A stretch of DNA of 64,000 nt from Squalus acanthias (GCA_030390025.1 CM059433.1:24368001-24432000); one strand, 5' to 3'. Numbered from the stretch's first letter, positions 12,786 through 25,181 are shown. The notes: a model not told the origin generated them from the letters alone. Made by a program: numbers and translations.

Positions 12786-14534
12786 ACCAAAGACTAGCCA
12801 CTTCCCCCCCACCCCCATGTCAAAAAAAGGGGGTAAACAGGATCTCTTTGGTAAAAGGTGGTTTCAAGATGTAAAGCCTGGCAATGGGAGCTTGCAACCA
12901 AGTCAGTCCTCTGGCAGATTCAGTAACCAGATACCCAAACCAGGCCAGTCCAGCCATCATGTCTCACTAAATGAACAGGGCAAGGCAGACTAATCAGTGG
13001 GGCCTGGGATTCTTCCCCCTCGGTTTCAGTTAACTGTATACGGTTATGTCCTAGAGTGCTCATCACTAGAAAAGCAGCAGGAAGGCCTTCCCATGTAGGT
13101 ACTGCAGTTTTAGCTGCTTAAACTCCAGCAGTATGCATCCATGTACACACTTGGGATTATTAAGCCTGGGCTCTGTCAATCTGCACCTAAACTCACTGCA
13201 CTTGGGTACCTAATTGGATTGAGTCACTATGGGTGAGTCGGTACAAACTTGAGTGGATTTTTCAATAGCTTATAGTGAAAAGTTTCCACATGTCAGACAC
13301 TCAGCTACCACTAGCACATAAAAGAAGATTTTCCAGTAGGATTGTAATCTATTGTTCTCCTGCTGGATCTAACTGCTCGAGGTTTTTCCACTCACCCTCC
13401 TACAACTCTGGCAACCAGAGTAGAAAGCACCAGCCAATATTGATCCCCAATAGCCAACCAATCAGCTGCACTGCCAAGAATAAAATCAGGAGCTCAGCTG
13501 TTTAAAAATAGTCCTGCACCAGATCAACAGGCACTTTAGTCACTTTTATGGGAGTGTTTAAAATAGGTAGGTTCTCCACTGATTTTAAAATCAGCAGCTC
13601 TGCTGAGATCAGTACTGCAGAGGCTATTGATGTGATCAGAGGCCTTTAGTACTCACCTCTGATGGGGTGTTGGTGGTTATTTGGAAAGAGTTGCAGGTGG
13701 GAGTGTCAAAGCTGATACAGCTGTTCCAGTGTCAGCTGAGCTTGCTGGGTGAAGAAAATGGAGGGCCGGGTAAAAAAAAATGCTGGCAGCTATTCCCCTT
13801 CTGGTCTCATTATTTGCGAAAATTCTTTGCAATGTAGAAATATCAGAATTATGAAATAGTTCTTAAAATCTGTACCTTCTGTCATTAACGCATTCCTGAT
13901 CACTCACTGCGGAATCTGCAACTTGTTGCTCAAAAATGTTTTGCTTTTAGTTTTTCAAATGCCTTGGGGGGGGGTGGGGGGGAGAAACCATGTTGAGGTT
14001 GGTGACTATCTGTTGGGGAAGGAACCAGAAATGCTGGTATGCGCTAGCATTGCAGCCCTGTGAGCGCTATTAAGGTTTTTTTTGGCTAATCAACTGCTTC
14101 TATGTAGGCTTGCCAAGCCCCAGTACAAACCATCCCTTCCACCTCAAGAACAGTCACATATAGAAGCTATTTGGGACCTGGAGATTTGGGGGGGGGGGGG
14201 GGGGGGGGGAAACGCTGTGACACCTGGGAGTACTTGGTGGAGGGGGAGAGCCGCTATGGCCAATGAGGAGGTGATGGTAAGTGGCTGCCGAGCCAGAATG
14301 CTGGCCTTAAGTAGAGCACAAGGTTGCATAACATGGTGACAGTTTACTTTGTGTGTTCTTTTATAAATTTGCTTTATGTAGTGCAGGTGGTGGGGAATAT
14401 GGCTTCTCAAAAGGCTTTCATGATTGAATGGGATTTTTTAAAAACAAAATGAAATTGAAGGTAGTGAAATAAGTGCTTGTTGATTATTTAACAAATATAA
14501 ACACCATGGACAAGTGCAACACATCAGACACAAT

Positions 14535-15233
14535 GGCCTGGAGTTTCCGCTCGACTGCGCTAGCTTTTTTGGTACAATTCGCAGATATCGGCATAATTGG
14601 CACAAAAGATCACAAAATTTTAAGTGCAAATTGTGTTCAGTGCAACTAGAGTTTCTGCGCTAGTTTTAAAAACATCGCACTAGAAGCAGGCCCTGCCCTC
14701 AGGATAAATGAATCACCATTGGGAGTTTCTGCTAATTGTGCTTGTTTGCAGACCTTCAAGGAGGCTCCAAAAGTTTAGCTCAATTTTTTGGGCACAAGGA
14801 CACCAACAGCTATGTTTTGAATTTTTTTTTAAATTAAAGAACTGACGACTGTACCCCAATCTAATTAGAAAATAGTTTTATATTTAAAATCAGCTTACTC
14901 TCAGGTGGTGGATTGACAAATTCAAAATGCTTATTTTTTGGTGATAAACCCATTTTCAGCTGTATTAATCAAACTTTACCAAGTTACTACTCCAATATAT
15001 TAAGGAATATATTTTAAAGCAAAATGTTTTTTAAAAAATTACGTTTTAAAATGCTGCCCGATTGCACTGGTTCATGGCAGATTTTGCGTTTGGCAATATG
15101 CAAATTAGTTTGACCGGAAACTTGTTTTTGGTTGGGGGGGGGGGAAAGAGAAAGAGAGAGAAGAGAAACACTTCAAAACAGGTGCAATTTGCGCCAGAAT
15201 CGCCAATTACACCCAGAGCGGAAACTTTATCCC
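14535..15233. mobile_element. MITE, Harbinger-like family B, copy 2
   Basis: Ends GGCCTGGAGTTTCCGCTC and GAGCGGAAACTTTATCCC; flanks AAT/AAG; internal homology to 7463-8116. Confidence 0.8.
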
Positions 15234-15317
15234 AAGAAGTTTACTTATATAAACTGATAAAACACAAGTGAATGGCTTGATGGCTTGTATTACATTTAAT
15301 CCAGTTACGGTACTTAC

Positions 15318-15410
15318 CTCCATAGGTCGAAATTCAACTCTCCATCCAATTTCAGAATTTGGGGGTGGTGGCTTGAATCTCATGGTTTGCCAATTCGTGG
15401 ATTGTATGTT
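15318..15410 (-). CDS. gclc: gclc coding exon 11 (93 nt)
   Basis: tag|AAC...GAG|gtaagt; [31 protein letters not shown]. Confidence 0.97.
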
Positions 15411-16869
15411 CTATAGGTAGTCAATTTCACAAGTGATTTTAGTTAACTAGTTTTCATAACCCACACAATTCCCGTTATACCTTTCAAAATACATTTTCGT
15501 GCACAAGCATGGATTACTTCTTTGATCAACATTCCAGTTGAGCTCTTTCTGCATAATATGAGAATCATTACAATAGAAGAAAGACTTCAGTAGGACAGCC
15601 TTGTAATATAACAAATAGTTAAGGGAACCTTTCTAGACTAAACTTTTCAAAAAAAATGTTTAAATACAATGTTTAAATTAAGTGCTTTAATACTGAGAAA
15701 TCTGAAATATAGGTGCAATTGAGATTTTAAAGTTGTTGCATAGTCAGAACAGAAACCAAACACCTAAAAATCCATTAAAACTATGGAAACTTAAGTTACA
15801 TACAATAATTTGAGCTGAGAGTTGAATTTTGCTCTTGACTGGAGTATATAGAGCAGCAAATCTAGAATTGGTCATTCAATTGCAAAACCTGTAGCAGAGG
15901 ATTAAGGCTCATAGAATTAATGAACTAAAAAAAATGGAATAAATAAATAGGCTTAGCAATAGAAAGCAGGTGATTAGAGGGAAAAGCTCAAGTACTGTTC
16001 ACCCTAATATGGAGGAGGGTATGCCTGTTCTTTTGCTGTTGACACCAAGAAATGCAGTGTTACTGGGGTTTAGTAAAGCATAGAGATGGGCATCTAAAAC
16101 TCATGTCTTGAACTATGGGGAAAAAACCTAGCATCATAATTAGAGATTTTTCTTTCCAAACGGGAGAAAGTAAATTGAGCCATAATTAGAGTGAAGTACT
16201 GCTGGGTGTGGGGCCAACACGGAAGTTAAATTAAAAGCAACACACAAGAAATGAAGATATTGAAATAGCATTAAAGTGTACTGGCTTAGTACAGCAAGTA
16301 CAATATTCCCTCAAGTGCTAGTACCCCAAATATGCCTAGTGGCAATATGAATATTGCCAGATCAATAGTGTAAGGAAGCCTAGCCACATATAAAGTGGAT
16401 CTGGATCAATGAAGTAAATGAGCTTCAGAATAACAGGCGAATGTTAACGTAGTGGGAACAAGAGATGCACATTAGCAAAGGTAGAAAAGTATTTGGATAT
16501 AAATCATGACCATCGAAAGTTGAAACAAAACAAAATTAACTTTACGGAGAAAGACATCAACAGCATCTGATTAAAAGTCACTTTTCCTAATCTTGCATAG
16601 ATTAGTCAAAAGTAAGTAACATTCCTTGAATTATAGGTTCTACACTAGATATGAAAGTAGTCAGTCACTTCTAAAAGAAAAAGTCAAGCATTTGTACTGC
16701 AAACAGGTTTTGTTTCATCTCAAACTGAACTTATTTGAAATTCCTTTCACTTTGAAACAGTATTCAGATACTGGGCAGGTTTATCCAACACAGTTTTCCA
16801 AAAAAATAACTGAGCATAATTTAGCACCACTGGCCAATACCACATATAAATGCATTTGAAACATTCTAT

Positions 16870-17657
16870 TGTGCAGTTACAACTCAACATTGGGAACAGC
16901 GAAGCCATTGTCTTTGGCCTCCACCACAAACCCCGTTCACTTACCGCCGATTCCATCCCCCTCCTTGGCCACTGGTGCAGGCGGAACCAGACTGTTCACA
17001 CCCTCAGCAACCCCATATCCTTTTTATCAACAAGACAGTTTACTGCCACCCTGTAATATTGCCAGTCTCAACTTATCTGCTGCAGAAACCCTCATTCATG
17101 TTTTATAACCTCCGGACTCGACTATTCTAATGCTCTCTTGGCCAGCCTCCCATGTTCTACCCTCCAAAATCTCAAGCTCATCCAAAACTCTGCTGCCTGT
17201 ATCCCAACTCGCACCAAGTTCCGCTCACCCAACACCCCCTGTGCTCGCTGACCTACATTGGTTCCTAGTCCACCATCACCATGTTAAAAATTTCCATCGT
17301 GTTCAAATCCCTCCATGGCCTCACCCTTTCCTATCTTGGCAACCTCTTCCAGCCCTACAAGCCTCTGAGAACTCTGGTGTTCCTCCAATTCTGGTCTCCT
17401 GTGCATCCCCAATTCCTTCGCCCCACTATTGGTGGCTTCAGCCAGCTAGACCCCAAGCTCTGGAATTCCCTAACAAAACGTCATCCTCCTCCTTTAAGAA
17501 GCTCCTTAAAACCTACCTCTGAAAGCTTTGACACCTGCCCCAATGCCTCCTTTGGCTCGGTGACGATTTTTGTCAGATTACACTCCTGTGAAGCGCAAGT
17601 GCCTTGGTACATGTTAAAGGCGCTATATAAATGCAAGTTGCTGTTGTTGATGTTGTA
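16870..17657 (+). mobile_element. L2-clade LINE 3' fragment
   Basis: AETLIH and PVLADLHWFLV motifs; tail aaggcgctatataaatgcaagttg(ttg)n. Confidence 0.9.
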
Positions 17658-17663
17658 GATTAC

Positions 17664-17776
17664 CTCAAAGTGATCAGACTCGTTTGCATCATCCATGTGT
17701 ATGCGTTCTGCGTAGAGTGTCAAAGGATCCCGAATAAAAAGATGAGCTATATGTTGCGCCAGGAGATGATCAATAC
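17664..17776 (-). CDS. gclc: gclc coding exon 10 (113 nt)
   Basis: cag|GT ATT...GAG|gtaatc; GIDHLLAQHIAHLFIRDPLTLYAERIHMDDANESDHFE. Confidence 0.97.
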
Positions 17777-18227
17777 CTGAAAAACAGATTTTCATATCCT
17801 CAGGGGAAAAAAATTTCTTCAGGACAAAGGGATACAGCAAAAACCTATTATACTGTGTATCCGTGGACAGATTTTTTTGCCTCAGGAATATTTGGTAATC
17901 CACCAAAACCTCTCCAGTTCCTCCACATACCGAATATGTTTAGTATACTAGTCTCGTCTCCTGTGGAGTCAAGACCAAGTGCAGTCTTCAGGTAAAGCAC
18001 GGGATAATTGAGCCAAGGTACACAAAGGTAATTCAGTTATTTTAAAAGTTTTACATTGTTCTTTCTGATATAATACTTATATTATTTACAGTTAAATAGC
18101 AAAAGTTAGGATAATTTGGAAAGCAGAGAAGTGAACTTGACTGGTGCCGAACAGTTTCTCTGCAGTACAGATTGAGTAGTTAGGAGACAAAACTAAGACG
18201 CTACATGGTCACTACTGTTGAGTGTAA

Positions 18228-18930
18228 TTACAACTTGTATTTATATAGTGCCTTGAATGGAGTAAAACGTCCCAAGGCGCTTCACAGGAGCATGATCAGG
18301 CAAAACTTGACACCAGCCAGAGGAAGATATATTAGGGCAGTTGACCAAAAAGGTAGGTTTTAAGGAGTATCTTAAAAAGGAGAATGGAGGAGAGGTTTAG
18401 GTAGTGAATTCCAGAATTTAGGGCCTAGACAACTGATGGCATGGCTGTCAATGGTGAGGTGAAGGAAATCAATGATACACAAGAGGCCAAATTGGAGTAA
18501 TGCAGAGTTCTCCGAGGATTAGAATAATAGAAATTTATGGCACAGAAGGAGGCCATTCGGCCCATTGTGTCTGTGCTGGCTTGTAGGGTTGGAGAACATT
18601 AGAGATAAGCAGGGGTGAGGCCATGGAACGGTTTGAACACAAGGATGAGAATTTTAAATCTGAGACGTTGCTGGACCAGGAGCCAATGTAGGTCAACAAG
18701 CACAGGGGTTATGGATGACTGGAACTTGGTGCAAGTTAGGATATGGGGAACACAGTTTTGGATGAGCTCAAGTTTATGGAGGATGGAAGATGGTCAGCTT
18801 GCCAGGAGTGCATTGGAATAGTCGAGTCTGGAAGTAACAAAGGCATGGACGAGGGTTTCAGCAGATGGGCTGAGGCATGGATGAAAGGTGATACTTATGA
18901 AGGTGGAAGCAGGCAGTCTTGATGATGGAG
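18228..18930 (-). mobile_element. L2-clade LINE 3' fragment, with a short CR1 tail insert near 18523-18582
   Basis: Reverse complement of the same L2 tail and RT C-terminus. Confidence 0.88.
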
Positions 18931-20015
18931 GAATAAATAGACTGCTTCCATTATAATTATGGACACAAGAATTTAAAATAGAAAGTTGTAAACAAGAAAT
19001 AAGGTTTCATAGACAGGAACAGCACACAAAACAAAATTTAACAGCATATAACTAGTCAGTCTCCTGCAGCATTGTACATAAGTCCAGGCCAAGTGTAGTC
19101 TTTAGGTGAAGTAGAGTTAGAGGCTCAGGGATAATTGGACCAGAGTATGCAGATGTAATTCAGACCCCATTGTCATTTTTATATTTCTATTATAAATTCC
19201 AATGTCCATGTTTATAATAATAGAAACTTGTCATGCTGTAATTACATCCTTCCACCAGTGATAGTGCTGTAGCCAATACAACATAGGTCAATCAAGTGAC
19301 ATCATTAAAGGCTTTCTGCTTTAAAGTTCAACTTTTCTAAAAAAAAACCTCAACTACAATGAGGGAAAATGCACTGAAATTTACAGAGCACAAACTAAAA
19401 ACGACAACAGGTATGTAATCAGTCTTCCCATTCGCTTACAGATTCACCCCCTCTCCCAAAGTTTAAAAAAATACTATTTTAACCTGAATAAATATTCTGA
19501 AATGTGTACACAATTTTTTTTTTATAAAAAGAAAAAGCTTTCAAGCAGAAATTGCCAGGAGCCAAGAAAAGTATTCCATCCTTACAACTAGCTGAATGAT
19601 ACTGATCCATCCGGTGAAATTAGGTGAACTGCACTTGCTCAGACTGTCCAATCCAAATATACCTTTCAAAAAGCAGAGCAATGCAATTTGTGGGAACATG
19701 GTGGCCAGATTGTGCTGAGTGACGAGGTTACATAGGCAAAACCAATTATAAATGTGGACGCAAAGTTGACAAAATGTGACAATAGTCACTTTTACAGACA
19801 GGATTTGCATGAAGATGTTAAGAGTTTTTCAAATCATATTATAAATAAAATTAGAAACCTGTTTTCTGGTGACAAGTCTACAAACAGAAACCTACTAAAC
19901 AGCTTATTGTTGTACCTCAAGTCTTTTATACTAACTTTAGGACTGATATTTGCTTTCCGAGGCTGGGTACCACCACACTTTGAAAGCAGGTCTTGCTCAA
20001 CAATCTCAACTGATA

Positions 20016-20808
20016 TGAACATAAGAAATAAGAGCAGGAGTAGGCCATACGGCCCCTCGAGCCTGCTCCGCCATTCAATAAGATCATGGCTGATCATCGA
20101 CCTCAACTCCACTTTCCTGCCCAATCTCCATATCCCCTGATTCCCCTAGAGACCAAAAATCTATCTATCTCAGCCTTGAATATTCTCAAAGACTCAGCAT
20201 TCACAGCCCTCTGGGGCAGAGAATTCCAAAGATTCACAACCCTCAGTGAAGAAATTCCTCCTCATCTCGGACTTAAATGGCCCCCTTATCCTGAGACTAT
20301 GTCCCCTAGTTCTAGACACTCCAGCCAAGGGAAACAACCTCTCAGCATCTACCCTGTCAATCCCCTTCAGAATCTTGTATGTTTCAATGAGATCACCACT
20401 CATTTTTCTAAACTCCAGAGAGTATAGGCCCATTCTACACAATCTCATCACAGGACAGCCCTCATCCCAGGAATCAATCTAGTGAACCTTCGTTGCACCG
20501 CCTCCAAGGCAAGTATATCTTTTCTTAGATAAGGAGACCAAAACTGTGCACAGTACTCCAGGTGTGGTCTCACCAAGGCCCTGTACAATTGTAGCAAGAC
20601 TTCCTTACTCTTATACTCCAACCCCCTTGCAATAAAGGGCAACATGCCATTTGCCTTCCTTATTGCTTGCTGTACCTGCATGCTAGCTTTGTGTTTCTTG
20701 CACGAGGCCACCCAAATCTCTCTGAACACCAACATTTGAAAGTTTCTCACCATTTAAAAAATATTCTGTTTTTCTATTCTTCCTACCAAAGTGAATAACC
20801 TCACATTT
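20016..20808 (-). mobile_element. CR1 LINE 3' fragment
   Basis: QQAIRKANGML...LYRALVRPHLEYCAQFWSPYLRKD motifs and CR1 tail. Confidence 0.93.
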
Positions 20809-21177
20809 TAAGAGCCAAATTGCAAGCGCTGGGTTATTTTTTTTTTTAAATCTGTGAATCAGCAGTATTTGTCAAATGCTGGCAAGGGACTTCAGATCAG
20901 CATACTACTGCATCATTTCCTCATGGAAGATGTTTGTATAAAAGTAGAATGAAGTACATGCCTGTACTTTTAAGACAGGAAGGTCTGTGCTACAAATGTC
21001 GTATTGGCTAAGGGCCTCATCACTGTTATACTAGTGTAAACGGATACTAGTACTTTATAAACAAGGTCTCAATAGCAATCAAGCACAGAGTCATGCCGAC
21101 AATAGCCAACTTGCAATTAGAGGTTTGATATACATTATAAAATGCATCAGTTTTTATTTTAATGCATACTTTATTAC

Positions 21178-21316
21178 CTCCTTCTCGAAGTTGCTTGTAG
21201 ATTTCATCATCAACTGTTAATTCGAGGTCATTATATTTTTCACCACATTTGGAGAGGTAACTGTCGATGGAGTCGTACCTGGATTTACTGATCCTATACT
21301 TACTGTGCTTACGAGG
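21178..21316 (-). CDS. gclc: gclc coding exon 9 (139 nt)
   Basis: cag|CCT...GGA G|gtaata; [46 protein letters not shown]. Confidence 0.97.
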
Positions 21317-21406
21317 CTGCAAAAGCAACAAATCAGGCATAAGGTTCATGTTGTGTAGGTTAAAATAATGACAAGCAAAACATATTAACGAATTCTCGTT
21401 AGTTAC

Positions 21407-21523
21407 CTCCAAACCTCTTTCTTCTCTGGTTCGGTCATCTACAGAGGCAGAAATTACACCCCAGCGACAATCAATGTCTGACACATAACCTCGATAAAGT
21501 GGTGAAGCAGCACTCAAAGCCAT
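21407..21523 (-). CDS. gclc: gclc coding exon 8 (117 nt)
   Basis: cag|ATG...GAG|gtaact; [39 protein letters not shown]. Confidence 0.97.
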
Positions 21524-22788
21524 CTGGAAGGAAAATTGTACTTGAATGCACCAGAGGAAAAAGAAGTCCAGCATTTGCAGTTCACTAGTTTAATATTTGA
21601 TAAATTTTACCTTTAATACATAGAATTGATTAAAAATGCTCTGATACCATTTTATCAGTTACTTATTTTAAAAAACTTTTCTTCAAACAGTTAAACATTA
21701 CAATCAAGTTAATCATCTGTAGAATTTCCTGGTGCTTATCAAATCATCAATATGTAAGAGCACTGAAGTATCTGGTACATGGCCTTTGTGTCAACTTTTT
21801 CAGACAAGAAACTTTGATCAATCAATGACAACTTTTAAGTCACAAAGTCAAATTTCTAGGGGTTAAGAATTTATACATACATCAGAATTTAGAAGTGCGT
21901 CAGCATGGTGTCTGCCTAACAAGCCACTGCCACTGACTTCTACAAACCGTAATTTTAAGAGATGAGAATATTAACAAGCTAGCATTCATGAAAGGTAGTT
22001 TTGCATACATACAGATCAAATAATTTTACTGTTCCCCTCAAGACTCTATACTCCATTAAAAAAAACACATCAGAAAAGCAAAATGTAACTTCTTAATGTT
22101 ATTGCCAAGTGACAATTTTGCATGTGAACATCTAGACGGAGTAGTTTTTGCAATACCACGGTCATCTTTAGTGGAGATGTCATTTGACTGAACTGAACTG
22201 GCACTTTTAAAGGATAAATATTACAAGGCTGGTTCAGAGCCTCACTTGATGGGAGTGCAGATCAGAAAATTGGCTACTGACTTCCCGTTAGGAGTGCAGT
22301 CTTGAAGTGTACCCTAAAATGCACCAGAGAAAATCTGGGATATCTCTGCAAATTTTAAGTTCCTTTATTAATTCACTCAAAAAACTTAGTTTTGGCAGTT
22401 GTACTTTTCTATATGATATTAAAATCTCAAAGACTGAACTCTGGTTGTAAACCGTCCCCAAAAGGCTATATTCTTTTAGTTCGGTATCACCTCAACAAGA
22501 ACATAGTGTGAAGAGTCAGAGGAAACAAAACAAGAATAGTGCTTTAAATTCTATAAAACAGGGTATATTAGTTATAAATATAGAAAGTTAAAATTAGAAA
22601 GAGAATGAGTGGGGAAGGCAAATATTTATATTTGAACAGTTTGATTAGCCTGACAAACTTGGTTCAACTACAGCAATTTTACCTAGAATTTACCCCATCT
22701 AGAAACATTACAAGTGACTACACTTCCAAGTACAGTACTTCATTTACTGTGACGCGCTATGGGATAGCGGAGGAGGTGAAAGGTGCTA

Positions 22789-25181
22789 CAGGAAACTCTC
22801 GTTTAAACGGCACCTAAATATCCGGAATTCTCTATTAACCGGCAAAATTCATACTCCGAAAACAACGCCTCAATAACTGGCAATGTTGCCGAGTCCGAGT
22901 CTCCCGCGAACGCAGAGTTAGTCAGTGGGGGTAGTTCTCCAAAGTGCCACTACTAGGCTTCCTGGCGCTGTCGGAAGTCCGAACACTGCAATAACAGGAG
23001 TCTGATTCTCCCACGCTGCCGGTAGTCTCTTCTGATCCACCATTTTACTGTGTGTCTCCCGCGCTGCTGGTAGTCTCTTCCGATCCACCATTTTTCTGTG
23101 TGTCTCTCCATCTTTATCGTGAATTATCTCCCCCATCTTGCATTATGGAATTCCCAAAAGTTGGTCCAAGCAAAAGGAAGAGAGTGGCGTTAACTTTAAA
23201 ACAGAAAATCGAGATATGCCAACGACTGGAAAGGGGAGAGAAGCGTATCAACATTATGAATGAATTCAGAATCGGTTAGTCAACAATCTACGACATCAAA
23301 TCGCAGAAGGATAAGCTGCTTCAGTTTTATTCAAGCTCGGAGACATCGAAGAGTGTAGAGAAACGGCGTACGCTTCGTAAGCCTAAGCTTGAAGAGCTGG
23401 ATACCGTGCTTTTGAGTGGTTTTCTCTTAAGCGTTCAGAGGGTGTTCCACTTTCCGGACCCATGCTAAATCGAGAAAGCGAAGGATTTCTACGAAAGGAT
23501 GGAGCTCACTGACAAGTGTGCTTTCTCCGAGGGATGGCTAACGTGCTTCAAGTTATGGCACGGGATACGACGACTCGATATTTCCAGGGAGAAGAAATCA
23601 GCTGATCACGACGCCGCAGAAGAATACTGCGATTATTTCAATCGGATTGTGCAGCAACATGATTTGTCGCCAGCACAGATATATAATGCCGATGAAACTG
23701 GCTTGTTTGAGGTTTTTGCCAGAATCAACGCTTGCTGGGGCTAGTGAGGCTAATGCTTCAGGTTACAAGAAAAATAAAGATCGTGTAACCATGCTAACAT
23801 GTGCGAACGCTGCTGGATCACACCGGGTTAAACTTCTTGTTATTGGGAAGTATAAAAATCCCCGTGCATTTAAAAATGTGAGGCACTTAACTGTTGAGTA
23901 CAAAGCTCAAAAAAATGCTTGGATGGATATGGAAATCTTTTCGTATTGGTTCCATCATATTTTTGTTCCATCTGTGAGGGAACATTTCCGTAAAATAGGG
24001 AAACCTGAAGATAGCAAATGCATTTTATTGCTTGATAATTGTAGAGCCCATCTGCATGAATCCGAGTTGGTTTCGGGAAATATTTTCACCATTTATTTGC
24101 CACCAACTGTAACTTCTCTCATACAACCCATGGACCAGGGCATTATCCAAAATCTGAAGTGTCATTGCAAGAAAGACTTCCTACGTAAACTGATAAACCA
24201 AGATGACAATATTCACGCATTTCAGAAGGAATACCATCTTAAAGATGCCATCTATAATGTTGCATGTTCCTGGAACTCGGAGGCAAGCCTGGCGCAAATT
24301 GTGGCCTTCTGTAATATTTGCTGAAGGTTCTTCTTCAGAGGAGGAATTTCATGGGTTCAATGTTTGTCCCAAGAAGAGTACAATAATGGAAATAGCTGGC
24401 ATGGTGAAAAATGTAGGCCCAGCAAACCCTCGACGTCACCTCAATGAAAGTGATATCGAGCAGTGGGTTGATGCAGATAGAGAAGTTGGTGTTGTGCATA
24501 TGCTAAGTGATGATTAAATAATTGAGAATGTTTTGAATCCAAAAGAAAGAAAAGTGAGATGAAAAGTGAAGAGGATGAGATTTCTGAAAAGATGATGATT
24601 TCTTGGGCTAAAGCTGCAGAAGGATTTTCTTCAATCCTCCAATTTGCTGAAAGGCAGCCTTGCTACTCTGCCCAAGAAGTTATGTACCTCCATATTCTGC
24701 ATTCCACCTTTTTACAGAAAAGGCAAGAGTCCATTAAGCAAGCAGACATCCGGGACATGTTTAAGAAAGCTTCCAAAAGAGTTGAAGCAGCGGAAGTGCC
24801 TGAAGAATCTGTTGGTGCATGATCCTGATGACCCAGCTGGCATGGATATTCCTGATGAACCAGCTGACTTGGAATAAGTGTACAGTCAACTACAGTACTG
24901 TATACAGTCGTTTATAAGTTTTGTTTTACTGTTAAGTAATTAAAGAGTTATGGATTACCCTCAACTGGCATTACTGTACTTAATCAAGCATCTTCCACCA
25001 TCCATTTAACACAACATTCTGTAGGTGAGTACCCAAATACTGTATACTGCACATTTCTTGATTTTTTAAATTTTTGTTCGTTAAAAATAGCCTCGGTAGA
25101 TAACCCTCTCCGTCATCCGGAATTTTTATTCAACCGGCACCACGCCGGTCCCGTCGGTGCCGGATACCAAAGTTTTTCCTG
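22789..25181 (+). mobile_element. apparently full-length Tigger/pogo DNA transposon (fossil), in gclc intron 7
   Basis: TA|CAGGAAACTCTCGTTTAAACGGCACC ... GGTGCCGGATACCAAAGTTTTTCCTG|TA (18/26 inverted match, TA on both sides); about 2.4 kb; contains a transposase relic. Confidence 0.9.
23145..24877 (+). pseudogene. disrupted CENP-B/Tigger-type DD32D transposase, JRK (Jerky)-like
   Basis: [44 protein letters not shown]-...-QPMDQG with 32 residues between D2 and D3; stop at 23277-79, frameshifts near 23412, 23468, 23708 and 24277, stop at 24515. Confidence 0.9.

Noticed and set aside
14188..14209. Poly-G runs (also 31564-31577, 34789-34804, 35133-35151) as functional G-quadruplexes
   Set aside because: Simple homopolymer expansions, two of them inside a CR1; nothing suggests function.
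23145..24877. Functional nested JRK/TIGD gene
   Set aside because: Multiple stops and frameshifts, with TIRs and TA duplication present; it is a transposon relic.
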